A stretch of DNA of 48,027 nucleotides from Acidimicrobiia bacterium (GCA_041619515.1 JBFKDW010000012.1:1-48027); one strand, 5' to 3'; shown: positions 29,962-39,845, counted from the first letter of the stretch. Notes: generated by a model from the sequence alone, not told the origin. Translations and numbers: made by a program.

Positions 29962-30365
29962 GCGACGAGCTCGCCCGGGCACTGCTGGTCGCCGGAGCGC
30001 TGGCCCTCGCCCTCGCCCTCGCCTGGTGGGCTCGCCGGCGCACCGGCCGGCACGGCCCTCCGGCCGACGTGCGCGGCCTGACCACAGGGCCGGGAGCCGT
30101 GATATTCACCAAGGACGACTGCCCCTCGTGCGCCGCCACCCTCGCCCATCTCGAGACCCTCGACATACCGATTCGACAGGTTCGCGCTGAGGACGATCCG
30201 GGCGAACTGGAACGGCGGGGCGTAACCGGAGTTCCCATCACGGTCATCATCGACGCGACCGGCCGCCCGCAGCGCCAGTTTGCCGGCCTTCCGCCACTTC
30301 GCCCCCTTCGGCGAGCCGTCCGCCGGGCACGCGAAATACCCGGCGCGCGCCCGCGCGGGCTTTAA
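29958..30365 (+). CDS. Membrane-anchored thioredoxin-like protein
   Basis: N-terminal TM, CPSC motif, VTGVP cis-Pro loop. ATGA overlap. Confidence 0.8.
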   Translation: MSDELARALLVAGALALALALAWWARRRTGRHGPPADVRGLTTGPGAVIFTKDDCPSCAATLAHLETLDIPIRQVRAEDDPGELERRGVTGVPITVIIDATGRPQRQFAGLPPLRPLRRAVRRAREIPGARPRGL

Positions 30366-30374
30366 CTTGGCTGC

Positions 30375-30617
30375 ATGTTCATCTCACTGTGCCGTGCCTG
30401 CGGCACCCCGGCGGCGGCGGTCATGAGCTACACCTACGACGGAGCAACAATCTGGCTCGACGACCTGTCGACCGCGCTGGAGCCGGGCAGCGGGGTTGCG
30501 CTGTGCTCGGGGCATGCCGACACCAGGACCGCGCCGGTGGGATGGACCATGCTGGACCGTCGCCGCTCCTCGGACCGCCATCTGTTCATTCCCCTCGAGC
30601 CCGCCAGCGTCGCCTGA
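30375..30617 (+). CDS. DUF3499 family protein
   Basis: CRACGTPAAAVMSYTY...LCSGHA...APVGW; conserved position upstream of manB in actinobacteria. Confidence 0.8.
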   Translation: MFISLCRACGTPAAAVMSYTYDGATIWLDDLSTALEPGSGVALCSGHADTRTAPVGWTMLDRRRSSDRHLFIPLEPASVA

Positions 30618-30653
30618 CCGGCCGGCCAGCCGACATGGGTGATCCCCCGCGTT

Positions 30654-30965
30654 ATGCCTCTTGACCCCGACATCGTCGAAGCGGTTCGTGAGATGGACGA
30701 ACACGAGCTCCGGCGGCTTCTCATGCTGGCCAGAGCCCGCCTCGAGGCGCGAGGGGTGGCGCTGGGGGCGGAGGCACCCCGGGTCCGGTACCGGGAGCAG
30801 CTCGTGCGCTGCGGCAAGCCAAACTGCACCCGCTGTCCGCACGGACCGTACTGGTATGCGTACTGGAACGAGGACGGCCGGCGGCGCTCCTGCTACCTCG
30901 GCCGCCTCGATGCGGGCGAAGTTCCCACCATCGACATGGGCGGTGCAAATACCGTCGGTGGTTAG
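30654..30965 (+). CDS. DUF6788-like small Cys/His (zinc-finger-like) protein
   Basis: CGKPNCTRCPHGPYWYAYW...GRRRSCYLG. Start is ATG 30654 or GTG 30639. Confidence 0.75.
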   Translation: MPLDPDIVEAVREMDEHELRRLLMLARARLEARGVALGAEAPRVRYREQLVRCGKPNCTRCPHGPYWYAYWNEDGRRRSCYLGRLDAGEVPTIDMGGANTVGG

Positions 30966-30976
30966 ACTCGCGGCCC

Positions 30977-31162
30977 ATGACCGACCAGATCTGTCCCGAA
31001 TGTGGCGCGTCGGATTTCATCGAGATCGACCTCACTCTGGCCGATCAAACCGGCATCACGTTCTGCTCCTGCCACCGCTGTGAGAACCGCTGGTGGAATC
31101 GGGAGGGAAAAGCCATGCCGCTCAAGGACGTTCTGAAGCTCGCCCGCAAAACCAAGGCGTGA
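30977..31162 (+). CDS. Small zinc-ribbon protein
   Basis: CPECG...CHRCENRWW, 61 aa; TAGACT 8 nt upstream of the ATG. Confidence 0.75.
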   Translation: MTDQICPECGASDFIEIDLTLADQTGITFCSCHRCENRWWNREGKAMPLKDVLKLARKTKA

Positions 31163-31184
31163 CCTCCGCTACCGCAGAGGGCCA

Positions 31185-33395
31185 ATGCAGCTCACACCCG
31201 TAAGAACCCGGCCGGCCCTCAGCGCCTACCTGGCGATTGCCATCCTCGTCATCGTCAGTGCCGTCGTATTTCTCGTCATGCAACCGGCCGAGATCCTGTC
31301 CAGCACCACGCCCTCAGGGGGCGACATGGGGGCTCACGTCCTCGTGCCCGCCTACCTGCGCGACAACCTGCTTCCGTCCCTGCGGGTGTCGGGCTGGAGC
31401 AATGACTGGTTCGCCGGCTTCCCGATCCTGTACTTCTACTTTCCGCTGCCGGCGCTGACCATCGTCCTGTTCGATGTGGTCCTGCCCTACGGTGTCGCAT
31501 TCAAGCTTGTGACCATCATGGGCCTGCTCGCAATGCCGGCCGGGTCCTATTACCTGGCCCGGCAATTGGGAGCCCCCCGGCTGGTCGCAGCCGTCACGGG
31601 CGTCGCCGGCGGGTCGTTCGTGTTCATGGAGAGCTACGCCATCTACGGCGGCAACATCAAGTCCACCCTCGCCGGGGAGTACTCATTCTCGTGGGCCATG
31701 GCCTTCGGCCTCTTCTATCTGGGAGCCCTGCTGCGCGATTCCCGCAGCGGGCGCACATTCAGCCCACTGGCGGCGCTCATGCTCGCCGGGATGGCTCTTT
31801 CCCATATCATCCCGACCCTCATCGTCGGCGCAGCTTCGCTCGTCATCCTGGTCCATCGCAGCCGCATGCGGGCCATCGTCACCTGGGCACTGGGGTTTGC
31901 GCTCGCGGCATTCTGGGTCGTCCCCCTCGTGGCCACGATTGGGTACACGAGCGACATGAACTTCTCGCCGCTGCGCGGGTTCGGGGCTCAAACGGGGGGG
32001 CCGCTCCCGACCGAGCTGTGGCCATTGCTCCCGCTGGCCGCGGTCGGGCTGGTGTGGTCGCTGTGGAAACGGTATCCGGTGGCCGTGCTGGTGTTGACGA
32101 CGTTCCTGCCGCTGCTCGCCTATCCCTATCTGAGCGGCAAGTTGTGGAACGGCCGGCTCCTGCCGTACTGGTTCTTCGGTGTCTTCTTCTTTGCCGGTCT
32201 CGCAGTCGGCCTCGCCGCGCTGGCCCTATATCGCCGGCTCCCCGATCGCCCCGCCGCCCTGGTCGCCGTCGGATTGGCCGCCTCCGCCTTGCTGCTGTTG
32301 CCGCCGACGTCCGGGCTGGAGCAGAGCAGCGGGTGGGCGCGATGGAATTACAGCGGCTACGAGGACAAGGGCCCGTGGCTCGAGTACGAGAACTTGATGG
32401 CGACGGTGGGCACGCTGCCGCCCGGGCGAATCATGTGGGAAGCCAACAACGAGATGGACAAGTACGGCACGCCGATGGCGCTCATGCTGTTCCCGTACTG
32501 GAGCGACGGCCATCCGTCGATGGAAGGGCTGCTCTTCGAATCATCGCTGACGACGCCGTTTCATTTCATGAATGCCGCCGAGATGAGCGAGCGGCCCTCC
32601 AACCCGATTCCGGGCCTTCCCTATAGCGGGTTCGACCTGGACCGGGGACTGGCCCATATGAGCCTCTTCAACGTGCGCTACTACGTGACGTTCACCGAGG
32701 CGGCCGCCTCGGCCGCCCGCAACCACCCCTCCTACACCGAGGTCGCCTCGGCGCCGCCGTGGACCATCTTCGAGCTTCCGGAGAGCTCGCTCGTCGACGT
32801 CGCCCAGTTCGTGCCCGCCGTCTACGAGCCGGCATCCGATCTGGGATTGCTCGGACGTGCCCGGCACATCTTCCGCGAAGACGAAGAGCTGGACGACTTC
32901 TTCAACGGGGCGGTGGCGTGGCACAGCCAGGTGGAAACGCTCGACCACTGGCTGGTGGAGACCGGCCCGGCCGACTGGCCGCGAGTACGCGAGGGCCTCG
33001 ACGGCCTCGCCTCAACACCTCCCGTCACTTCCGGCGGCGTGGTCAGCAACGTCGTGCTGGAGGATGAGCGCATTTCATTCGACACCACCGCCATCGGGGT
33101 TCCACACATGGTCAAGGTCTCGTTCTTCCCCAATTGGAGGGCAAGCGGTGCCGAGGGGCCGTATCGGGCGGCGCCCGCCTTCATGGTGGTGATACCCACC
33201 GAGAGCCGAGTCGAGCTGTCCTTTGTGAGGCGCTGGTATGAGAACACCGGGCTGGTGCTCACCGTCCTGGCGGCAGCCGGGCTCACCGCCTGGCTGGTGC
33301 GCGAGCGCCGCCGCAACCAACCTCAGGCTGTTCGGTCCCCAGGGCTTCGGACGGAGCCGCCCGGCGCAGGCACGGACTCGGCGGGCAGGGCGTGA
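31185..33395 (+). CDS. Multi-TM GT-C-type membrane glycosyltransferase ('6-pyruvoyl-tetrahydropterin synthase-related' membrane family)
   Basis: GGDMGAH, GWSNDWFAGFP..YFYFPLP, GGNIKSTLAGEYSFS, about 12 TM, C-terminal VKVSFFPNW plus TM. Confidence 0.8.
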   Translation: MQLTPVRTRPALSAYLAIAILVIVSAVVFLVMQPAEILSSTTPSGGDMGAHVLVPAYLRDNLLPSLRVSGWSNDWFAGFPILYFYFPLPALTIVLFDVVLPYGVAFKLVTIMGLLAMPAGSYYLARQLGAPRLVAAVTGVAGGSFVFMESYAIYGGNIKSTLAGEYSFSWAMAFGLFYLGALLRDSRSGRTFSPLAALMLAGMALSHIIPTLIVGAASLVILVHRSRMRAIVTWALGFALAAFWVVPLVATIGYTSDMNFSPLRGFGAQTGGPLPTELWPLLPLAAVGLVWSLWKRYPVAVLVLTTFLPLLAYPYLSGKLWNGRLLPYWFFGVFFFAGLAVGLAALALYRRLPDRPAALVAVGLAASALLLLPPTSGLEQSSGWARWNYSGYEDKGPWLEYENLMATVGTLPPGRIMWEANNEMDKYGTPMALMLFPYWSDGHPSMEGLLFESSLTTPFHFMNAAEMSERPSNPIPGLPYSGFDLDRGLAHMSLFNVRYYVTFTEAAASAARNHPSYTEVASAPPWTIFELPESSLVDVAQFVPAVYEPASDLGLLGRARHIFREDEELDDFFNGAVAWHSQVETLDHWLVETGPADWPRVREGLDGLASTPPVTSGGVVSNVVLEDERISFDTTAIGVPHMVKVSFFPNWRASGAEGPYRAAPAFMVVIPTESRVELSFVRRWYENTGLVLTVLAAAGLTAWLVRERRRNQPQAVRSPGLRTEPPGAGTDSAGRA

Positions 33396-33832
33396 GAAAC
33401 TACCTCAAGAGCCTGGTCCACCGCGAGGCCCTGGTTCAAATGGTGAAACTCGGCTTCATCGGCGGTTTCAACACGGTGGTGACACTGGCTCTCTCACTCG
33501 TGTTCCGCAAGGTCGGCATGCTCGACGAGGCGGCGGTGGCTCTCGCCTGGATCATCGGCACGCTCCTCTCCTACTTCCTCAACCGGCGCTGGACGTTCGC
33601 CCTGGCGACGAGAGGAGCAAACGTGCGCGAGACCTCCCATTTCTTCGGCGTCAACATCGTGGCCGGCGCCCTCACGGTCGCCTTCGTGTGGCTGGCCGGC
33701 CGGCTGCGGGGCGACCTCAGCGATACCGAGTTCCTGGGGGCGCAGATAATCGCTTCCGCCATCATTGTCATCCCCAAGTTCGCCGCCTATCGGGACGTGG
33801 TGTTCCGGCGGAGCCTGAGCGAGAAGCGATAG
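33392..33832 (+). CDS. GtrA family flippase
   Basis: KLGFIGGFNTVV, SYFLNRRWTF, 4 TM, ..VVF. GTGA overlap with the upstream gene. Confidence 0.88.
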   Translation: MRNYLKSLVHREALVQMVKLGFIGGFNTVVTLALSLVFRKVGMLDEAAVALAWIIGTLLSYFLNRRWTFALATRGANVRETSHFFGVNIVAGALTVAFVWLAGRLRGDLSDTEFLGAQIIASAIIVIPKFAAYRDVVFRRSLSEKR

Positions 33833-33869
33833 AGAGCGGGGGCGGTGCACCGCCCCGTGCGATGCCTGC

Positions 33870-34565
33870 CTAGCCGGCGCCGAGCTTTCTCCTCAAGCGG
33901 AACAATCCGATCAGGGTGCGGGGCACGCGTTTGAGGTACGAGGACCGTGCCGGGCGCAGCTCCTCGACCACCGCGGGCACCTCGGCGATGCGATACCCGG
34001 CCCGCTCGGCCCGTAGCACCAGCTCGGTGTCGAACAGGTCCTCGGTGCTGGTGACGTCGGGGAGGATGGCATCGAGCACTTTCCGGTTGACGGCTTTCAT
34101 CCCGTGGGTATCGGTGACGGCCGAGTGGAAGAGCCCGCGGAGAAGCAGGTTGAACACCCTGGTGCCGAGCCGCCGCACCAGCCCGCGTCGGTCCTGTGCC
34201 TCCCGGTCGCGCTTGGACGCCAGGATGATGTCGGCCTGTTCCCACCGCGCCAGCACCTCGTCGACGAAGCTGCGGGAGAAATAGTCGATGTCGAACGCGA
34301 CGACCCAGTCGGTGTCGGCCGCCCGGAGCCCGGCGCGGAGGGCCGCCCCGTAGTCGGCGGCTTCGAGGCTCAGCAGCCGCAACCAGGGGAACCGGCCGGC
34401 CAGCGTCGCAGCGTCGGCGGCGGTCTCGTCCCCGGAGCCGTTCTCGACCAGGTACAGGACGAACTCGAGGCCGGCCAGCTCCTCGTCGAGGCGCTCGACG
34501 GCGTGAATGACGAATCCCGCCTCGTTGTGGACGGGGATCACGATGGTCAGACCTGGGGAAGCCAT
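33870..34565 (-). CDS. GT2 polyprenol-phosphate glycosyltransferase (DPM1-like)
   Basis: VIPVHNE, VENGSGDET, DYGAALRAG, FDID, DTHGMKA, FDTELVLRA. Confidence 0.88.
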   Translation of the reverse strand: MASPGLTIVIPVHNEAGFVIHAVERLDEELAGLEFVLYLVENGSGDETAADAATLAGRFPWLRLLSLEAADYGAALRAGLRAADTDWVVAFDIDYFSRSFVDEVLARWEQADIILASKRDREAQDRRGLVRRLGTRVFNLLLRGLFHSAVTDTHGMKAVNRKVLDAILPDVTSTEDLFDTELVLRAERAGYRIAEVPAVVEELRPARSSYLKRVPRTLIGLFRLRRKLGAG

Positions 34566-34627
34566 GAGGGTCAGAGTGTAGAGGAGGAGCTTCTGTCCAC
34601 CCCCGGGGAGCCGTAACATCGCCTCCT

Positions 34628-35977
34628 ATGAATCTCGACGCCATCTTCAAGGCTTACGACATTCGCGGTCGGATCGACAACGGAGAAATCGATGCCGGTG
34701 TGGCCCGGAGCATCGGGGCGGCGTTTGCGGCGTTTTCCGGAGCCGGCCGCCTCGCCGTCGGCCGCGACATTCGCTCCAGTTCGGCCGAGCTGGCGGCCGC
34801 CTTCATCGACGGCGTCGTGAACCAGGGTGTCGACGTCGACGACCTCGGCCTCATCGCCACCGACATGAGCTACTACTACGCCGGGGCCCACGACGTGCCG
34901 GCCGCCATGGTCACCGCCTCTCATCTCCCGCTCAATTGGAACGGCATCAAGCTGTCGCTGGCCGGAGCCCGGCCTGTATCCGCCGAAAGCGGCCTGGCCG
35001 AGATCAAGGCGCTGGCCGAGAATCCCCCGGCACCGGCGGCGGATTCGGGAACCGTCACCGAGGTCTCAACGCTCGACGAATATGTCGACCACCTCTTTTC
35101 GATCGTCGACAAAGAATCCTTCCGTCCGCTCACAGTGGCCGTCGACGGTGGGAACGGGATGGCGGGCATCGTGGCCGGCCCGGTGTTCGCCCGGATCCCG
35201 GTGGCCCTGACTGCCTTGTATCTCGATCCGGACGGCTCCTTCCCCAATCATCCGGCCGACCCGACCAGGCCGGAGAACCTCGCCGACCTCATCTCGGCCA
35301 TGCTGGCCGAGCCGCACGACCTGGGGGTCGCCTTCGATGCCGACGCTGATCGGGCCATCTTCATCGACGACGCCGGCGTACCGCTGTCGGGCAGCACGAC
35401 CACAGCCATGGTGGCTCGATGGTTCCTCGGCCGCAATCCCGGAGCCACGATCGTCCATAATCTCATCACCAGCCGCGCCGTGCCCGAAACAGTGCGCAAG
35501 TGGGGGGGCACGCCGGTACGCACCCGGGTGGGCCATTCATTCATCAAAGCCGTCATGGCCGACACGGGCGCAGTGTTTGGAGGGGAGCACTCGGCTCACT
35601 TCTACTTCCGGGACAACTACCGGGCGGATTCTGGGACCCTGGCGATGCTGGTGCTGATGCAGCTGATGTCCGAAGACCCGCGCCCGCTCTCTGAGATTCG
35701 CACCGAATACGAGCCCTATGCGTCTTCCGGCGAGATCAACTTCGTCGTAGAGGAGCAAGCGGCGATGATGGATCATGTTGCCGGCGAGCTCGACGGTGAG
35801 ACAGATTGGCTTGATGGGCTTACTATCAACTGGTCGGACCGGTGGTTCAACATCCGCCCGTCCAACACAGAGCCCCTGTTGCGGCTCAACGTAGAAGCAC
35901 CCGACGACGAGGCGGTAGCCGAGATCGTCGATCGGGTCCAACAGATCATCGTGGCCAACGGCGGCCGCCCCGACTAG
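34628..35977 (+). CDS. manB: Phosphomannomutase/phosphoglucomutase
   Basis: FKAYDIRG, TASH phosphoserine loop, FDADADR metal loop, GEHSAH, RPSNTEP. Confidence 0.94.
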   Translation: MNLDAIFKAYDIRGRIDNGEIDAGVARSIGAAFAAFSGAGRLAVGRDIRSSSAELAAAFIDGVVNQGVDVDDLGLIATDMSYYYAGAHDVPAAMVTASHLPLNWNGIKLSLAGARPVSAESGLAEIKALAENPPAPAADSGTVTEVSTLDEYVDHLFSIVDKESFRPLTVAVDGGNGMAGIVAGPVFARIPVALTALYLDPDGSFPNHPADPTRPENLADLISAMLAEPHDLGVAFDADADRAIFIDDAGVPLSGSTTTAMVARWFLGRNPGATIVHNLITSRAVPETVRKWGGTPVRTRVGHSFIKAVMADTGAVFGGEHSAHFYFRDNYRADSGTLAMLVLMQLMSEDPRPLSEIRTEYEPYASSGEINFVVEEQAAMMDHVAGELDGETDWLDGLTINWSDRWFNIRPSNTEPLLRLNVEAPDDEAVAEIVDRVQQIIVANGGRPD

Positions 35978-35984
35978 GAGAAAC

Positions 35985-37232
35985 ATGGAATACGACATTG
36001 CAAATCCCGATCTTGCGGCCGAAGGCGCCCGCCGGATTGCCTGGGCCGGTCGGCGCATGCCCGTCCTCGCCTCATTGCGCGAGCGGTACGAGACGACCAA
36101 GCCGTTCGCCGGCATGAGATTCGGGGCCTGCATGCACGTGACGACCGAGACTGCCAACCTCATGCTGACCCTGCGAGCTGGCGGCGGAGAGGTGAGCCTG
36201 TGCGCTTCCAACCCGTTGTCGACCCAGGATGACGTCGCCGCCGCCCTGGTCGCAGAGGGCATTCCCGTCAATGCCATCCGGGCCGAAGACACCGAGACCT
36301 ACTACCGCCACCTCCAGACCGTTTTGGACACCGAGCCGACCATCACGATGGACGATGGCGCAGATCTCGTGACCTTGCTGCACACCGAGCGCACGGAGAT
36401 AACACCGCTTGCCTCGATGGAGGAGACCACGACCGGTGTGATTCGGCTGCGGGCAATGGAAGCCGAAGGCGAGCTGCGCTTCCCGGTTGTGGCCGTCAAC
36501 GATTCGGACACCAAGCATCTGTTCGACAACCGCCATGGGACGGGACAATCATCGCTCGATGGCGTCATGCGGTCCACCAACATGCTCATCGCCGGCCGCA
36601 CCGTCGTGGTGGTGGGCTATGGCGACTGTGGGCAGGGAGTGGCGCAGCGGGCAGACGGGCTCGGCGCCAAGGTCGTCGTGGTCGAAGTCGACGCGGTGCG
36701 GGCGCTGTCGGCGGCCATGGAGGGATATCAGGTGATGACCGCCGCCGAGGCCGCCGCCGTCGGAGACCTCTTCATCACGGTCACCGGCAATATTCACGCC
36801 CTGCGCGAGGAGCATTTTGCCGTCATGAAGGACGGTGCGATCCTCGCCAATGCCGGGCACTTCGATGTCGAGATCGATCTCAAGCGTCTCAACGAGCTGT
36901 CGATCGAGAACCGCAACCTCCGCGAAAACCTCGACGAGTACGTCCTCGAAGGGGGTCGTCGCATCCTGGTGCTGGCCGAGGGCCGGCTGGTCAACCTGGC
37001 TGCCGCCGAGGGTCACCCGGCCGACGTGATGGACATGTCATTTGCCAACCAGGCGCTGGCAGCCGAGTGGATACTCGAGAACCAGGCCGAGCTGGAGGCC
37101 AAGGTCTACCGGCTGCCGTCACACCTCGACCAGCACGTGGCCGGTCTCAAGCTGGAGTCACTCGGCGGAGGGCTGGAGCGACTTACTCCTGAGCAGGAGT
37201 CGTATCTGGAATCGTGGCGTCACGGGACCTAG
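35985..37232 (+). CDS. ahcY: Adenosylhomocysteinase
   Basis: CASNPLSTQD, EETTTG, KHLFDNRHGTGQS, GHFDVEID, EGRLVNL, GHPADVMDMSF. RBS AGGAG. Confidence 0.96.
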   Translation: MEYDIANPDLAAEGARRIAWAGRRMPVLASLRERYETTKPFAGMRFGACMHVTTETANLMLTLRAGGGEVSLCASNPLSTQDDVAAALVAEGIPVNAIRAEDTETYYRHLQTVLDTEPTITMDDGADLVTLLHTERTEITPLASMEETTTGVIRLRAMEAEGELRFPVVAVNDSDTKHLFDNRHGTGQSSLDGVMRSTNMLIAGRTVVVVGYGDCGQGVAQRADGLGAKVVVVEVDAVRALSAAMEGYQVMTAAEAAAVGDLFITVTGNIHALREEHFAVMKDGAILANAGHFDVEIDLKRLNELSIENRNLRENLDEYVLEGGRRILVLAEGRLVNLAAAEGHPADVMDMSFANQALAAEWILENQAELEAKVYRLPSHLDQHVAGLKLESLGGGLERLTPEQESYLESWRHGT

Positions 37233-39066
37233 CCGCCAGCGGGGCAGGCCCCTCGTGAGTCACGTCGAGAGGTGGGCGTAGGTCGACGACTACCGACGGT
37301 GCCCGCACGGTATCGGGGCGCTCGGCGCCGTCGAGGACCTCGATGATCTCCTCGTCGATCAGCTCCTCGTGCTTGAGGAGGGCGTCTCGGAGGGCCTCGA
37401 CCAGATGGCGATTGGCCGACAGCAGGCGAGTGACCGATTCCTTGTTCTCGCGCAGGATTCGGTCGACCGCAATGCGCGATTGCGAGTCGCCCAGCACCTT
37501 CTGGGCTATGTTGCCGCCGAACAGGCCGCCGTCGAGTGTGTTGAAGGAGATGAGCGAGTCACCGAGGCCGAGGCTGCCGACCATGGCGACGGCAACGTCG
37601 GTGGCCGCTTTCAGGTCTCCGGCCGGACCGCTGCCCGACTCGCCGAAGAAGATCTCTTCGGCCACCATGCCGCCCATTGATATCTGAATCGATGCCAGCA
37701 GCTCGGTGGCGGTGTTGGTGAACCGCTCTTCCGTCGGGCTGTGAGCGAGCAGGCCGAGCGCACTTCTCCGCTTGATGATCGACAGAACCTCGAGGCGCCG
37801 GCTCTCACCCACCAGATGAGCCACGACGGCGTGGCCGGCTTCGTGAGTGGCGATGGCCACCCGCTCGGCATTGGTGTATTCGGTCGGCTGCGCCATGCCG
37901 ATCTCGACTTCCATCCGGGCCCGCCGCAGATCGGCGAGGGTGAGCGCTTCCCGCCCCTCCCGCAGCGACAGCAGAAGGGCCTCGTCGAAGAGACGCTCGA
38001 GCTCGGCGGGCGTATAGCCCATCGTCGAGGCGGCCAGCTCGTCGAGGGTGTCGCCGACGTCGAGCACCGGATCGTGCGCCTTGCGGCTCAAGAAGTACTC
38101 GATCAACTCCCGCCGGGCCAGCCGGCTGGGGGGATCGAAGTGGAGAATGCGGTCGAAGCGTCCGGGGCGCAGCAGGGCCGGGTCGAGAGAATCGGCTCGA
38201 TTGGTGGCGCCGATCAACAGGATGTTGGACGGCTCGGGCATCTTCATCTTGATGCGCTTGTGATACGGAAGGTACCGGTTTACCCGGCTCGCCATCCAGT
38301 TGCGGAACTTGATGCCGGTGGTCGGCTCGTCGAAGCTCTGCATTTGCACGAGCAGCTCGTTGACGACCCCGCCGACGCCCTCCGACATGGCCGGAGAGAT
38401 CTCCCGCCCGGCTCCGGCGATCTTCCTGCCCGTGAAGCCATCCATGCCGCCCCGCTTGGTCCCGATAGCGTCGATCTCCTCGAGGAAGCCGATGGCGCCG
38501 CCCTCTCGACGAGCTGTCTTGCGGAGCGCCTTGAAGAAGGCGCGAATCTTGCGCCCGGTCATGCCGTACCACATGCTTTGGAACGAAGTCGACGACACGA
38601 AGAGATAGGGGACGCCCGCCTCTTTGGCCATCGCCTTGGCAACATGAGTCTTGCCGGTGCCGGGCGGGCCCTCGAACAGCACGCCGCGACGCGGGCGGCC
38701 ACCCAGCTGGCCGGAGAACTTGCGGTGATCCAGGAACACTTGCAGCGTGTGGCGCACCTCGCCGAGCACGTCGCCGAGGCCCTTCACGTCTGCGAACCCG
38801 ACTTCGATCTGCTCGGGCATGAACACCGTGTGCGGGGACCGGCCGTTGACGAGCATCGGCACGATCATCATGGCGCCGATGAGCACGAAGAGGATGGCGA
38901 ATGGCAGCCACAGCCCGGCGTCCTCCGGCAGTGAGGGGAGCGGCACGATGTCACGGTCGGTGAGAACTCGCCACCAGGTCCAGGCTGAGATTGGCCCCAG
39001 CACGATGGCGAGTCTGCGGATTCGCTTGAGTCGAAAGCGTTCCTTGTGGCCGGCAACGTCGAGCAT
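37183..39066 (-). CDS. Membrane-anchored AAA+ ATPase with peptidase M41 domain (FtsH paralogue)
   Basis: 2 TM, Walker A GPPGTGKT, Walker B FLEEID, ATNRADSLDPALLRPGRFDR, HEAGH zinc motif, GGMVAEE. Confidence 0.9.
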   Translation of the reverse strand: MLDVAGHKERFRLKRIRRLAIVLGPISAWTWWRVLTDRDIVPLPSLPEDAGLWLPFAILFVLIGAMMIVPMLVNGRSPHTVFMPEQIEVGFADVKGLGDVLGEVRHTLQVFLDHRKFSGQLGGRPRRGVLFEGPPGTGKTHVAKAMAKEAGVPYLFVSSTSFQSMWYGMTGRKIRAFFKALRKTARREGGAIGFLEEIDAIGTKRGGMDGFTGRKIAGAGREISPAMSEGVGGVVNELLVQMQSFDEPTTGIKFRNWMASRVNRYLPYHKRIKMKMPEPSNILLIGATNRADSLDPALLRPGRFDRILHFDPPSRLARRELIEYFLSRKAHDPVLDVGDTLDELAASTMGYTPAELERLFDEALLLSLREGREALTLADLRRARMEVEIGMAQPTEYTNAERVAIATHEAGHAVVAHLVGESRRLEVLSIIKRRSALGLLAHSPTEERFTNTATELLASIQISMGGMVAEEIFFGESGSGPAGDLKAATDVAVAMVGSLGLGDSLISFNTLDGGLFGGNIAQKVLGDSQSRIAVDRILRENKESVTRLLSANRHLVEALRDALLKHEELIDEEIIEVLDGAERPDTVRAPSVVVDLRPPLDVTHEGPAPLAARSRDATIPDTTPAQE

Positions 39067-39198
39067 GGTTGGTCCCCTTTAGTTCTCCGTGCGATCAACA
39101 TAACCACTCTCCGTGGTCGTGTCTCAGGGGCGTGGTGACCATTTTTTCGGCGCGCGAGCACCGCGCTGCCTGTCCGACCCGGACGGTACGGTGGCGAG

Positions 39199-39750
39199 AT
39201 GGTGTGCGTGGGATGCCGGCGAGCCGGTGAGGTGCTGTGTTCGGCCTGTGCCGGGTGCCTCCTGCCTGCCCCGGTGCGGATGATCGAATCGGGACTCGTG
39301 GTGCAGCCGGCCTACGTGCATACGGGTCTGGCGCGCCAGATCGTCCACGATCTGAAATATCGCGCCCTGGTGGGGGCGGCCGCCGCCCTTGCCCCGGCGC
39401 TGGTCGAGGCCCTTCCAGCCCACACTTCCGTTCTCGTGCCGGTGCCGCGATCGATTGCCCGCCGCCTTCAGCTGGGAGTCGACCCTGCCCTCGAGCTGGC
39501 TCTGGTCGCCGGGCGGCTCGCCGGCCTCCCGGTTGCCCGTCTCCTCCGGCCGCCCTGGTGGCAGTCGCGCCACGCCGGCAAGGGCCGGGCAGGCCGGGCG
39601 CCGGTACGCTTCTCGGCCCGCCGGGTGGGCTGCGCCGGCACGGTCGTGGTCGACGACGTCCTCACGACCGGGTCGACCCTGGCGGCCGCAGCCCGGTCTC
39701 TCGGCTCTGGAGTCATTGGAGCGGTTACGGCGACCGGCGCAGGCGTATAA
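39199..39750 (+). CDS. comF: ComF family phosphoribosyltransferase-like protein
   Basis: CVGC...CSAC zinc finger, LKY, LVPVP, VVVDDVLTTGSTL; usual position upstream of hpf. Confidence 0.85.
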   Translation: MVCVGCRRAGEVLCSACAGCLLPAPVRMIESGLVVQPAYVHTGLARQIVHDLKYRALVGAAAALAPALVEALPAHTSVLVPVPRSIARRLQLGVDPALELALVAGRLAGLPVARLLRPPWWQSRHAGKGRAGRAPVRFSARRVGCAGTVVVDDVLTTGSTLAAAARSLGSGVIGAVTATGAGV

Positions 39751-39845
39751 TTGGGTGACAACTCCGAGAGGACACGCTTGCCGGCCCCCCGGCCTCCACC
39801 CCACGTGCATCAGCGAGAGTTCACGCGTGCAAACGAGAGGGATAC

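Noticed and set aside
30654..30965. DUF6788-like gene as a marker of a mobile element
   Set aside because: No transposase, recombinase, terminal repeats or compositional shift nearby.
34910..35355. ManB motif variants TASHLP and FDADADR as signs of inactivation
   Set aside because: The catalytic Ser/His and the three metal-binding Asp residues are retained.
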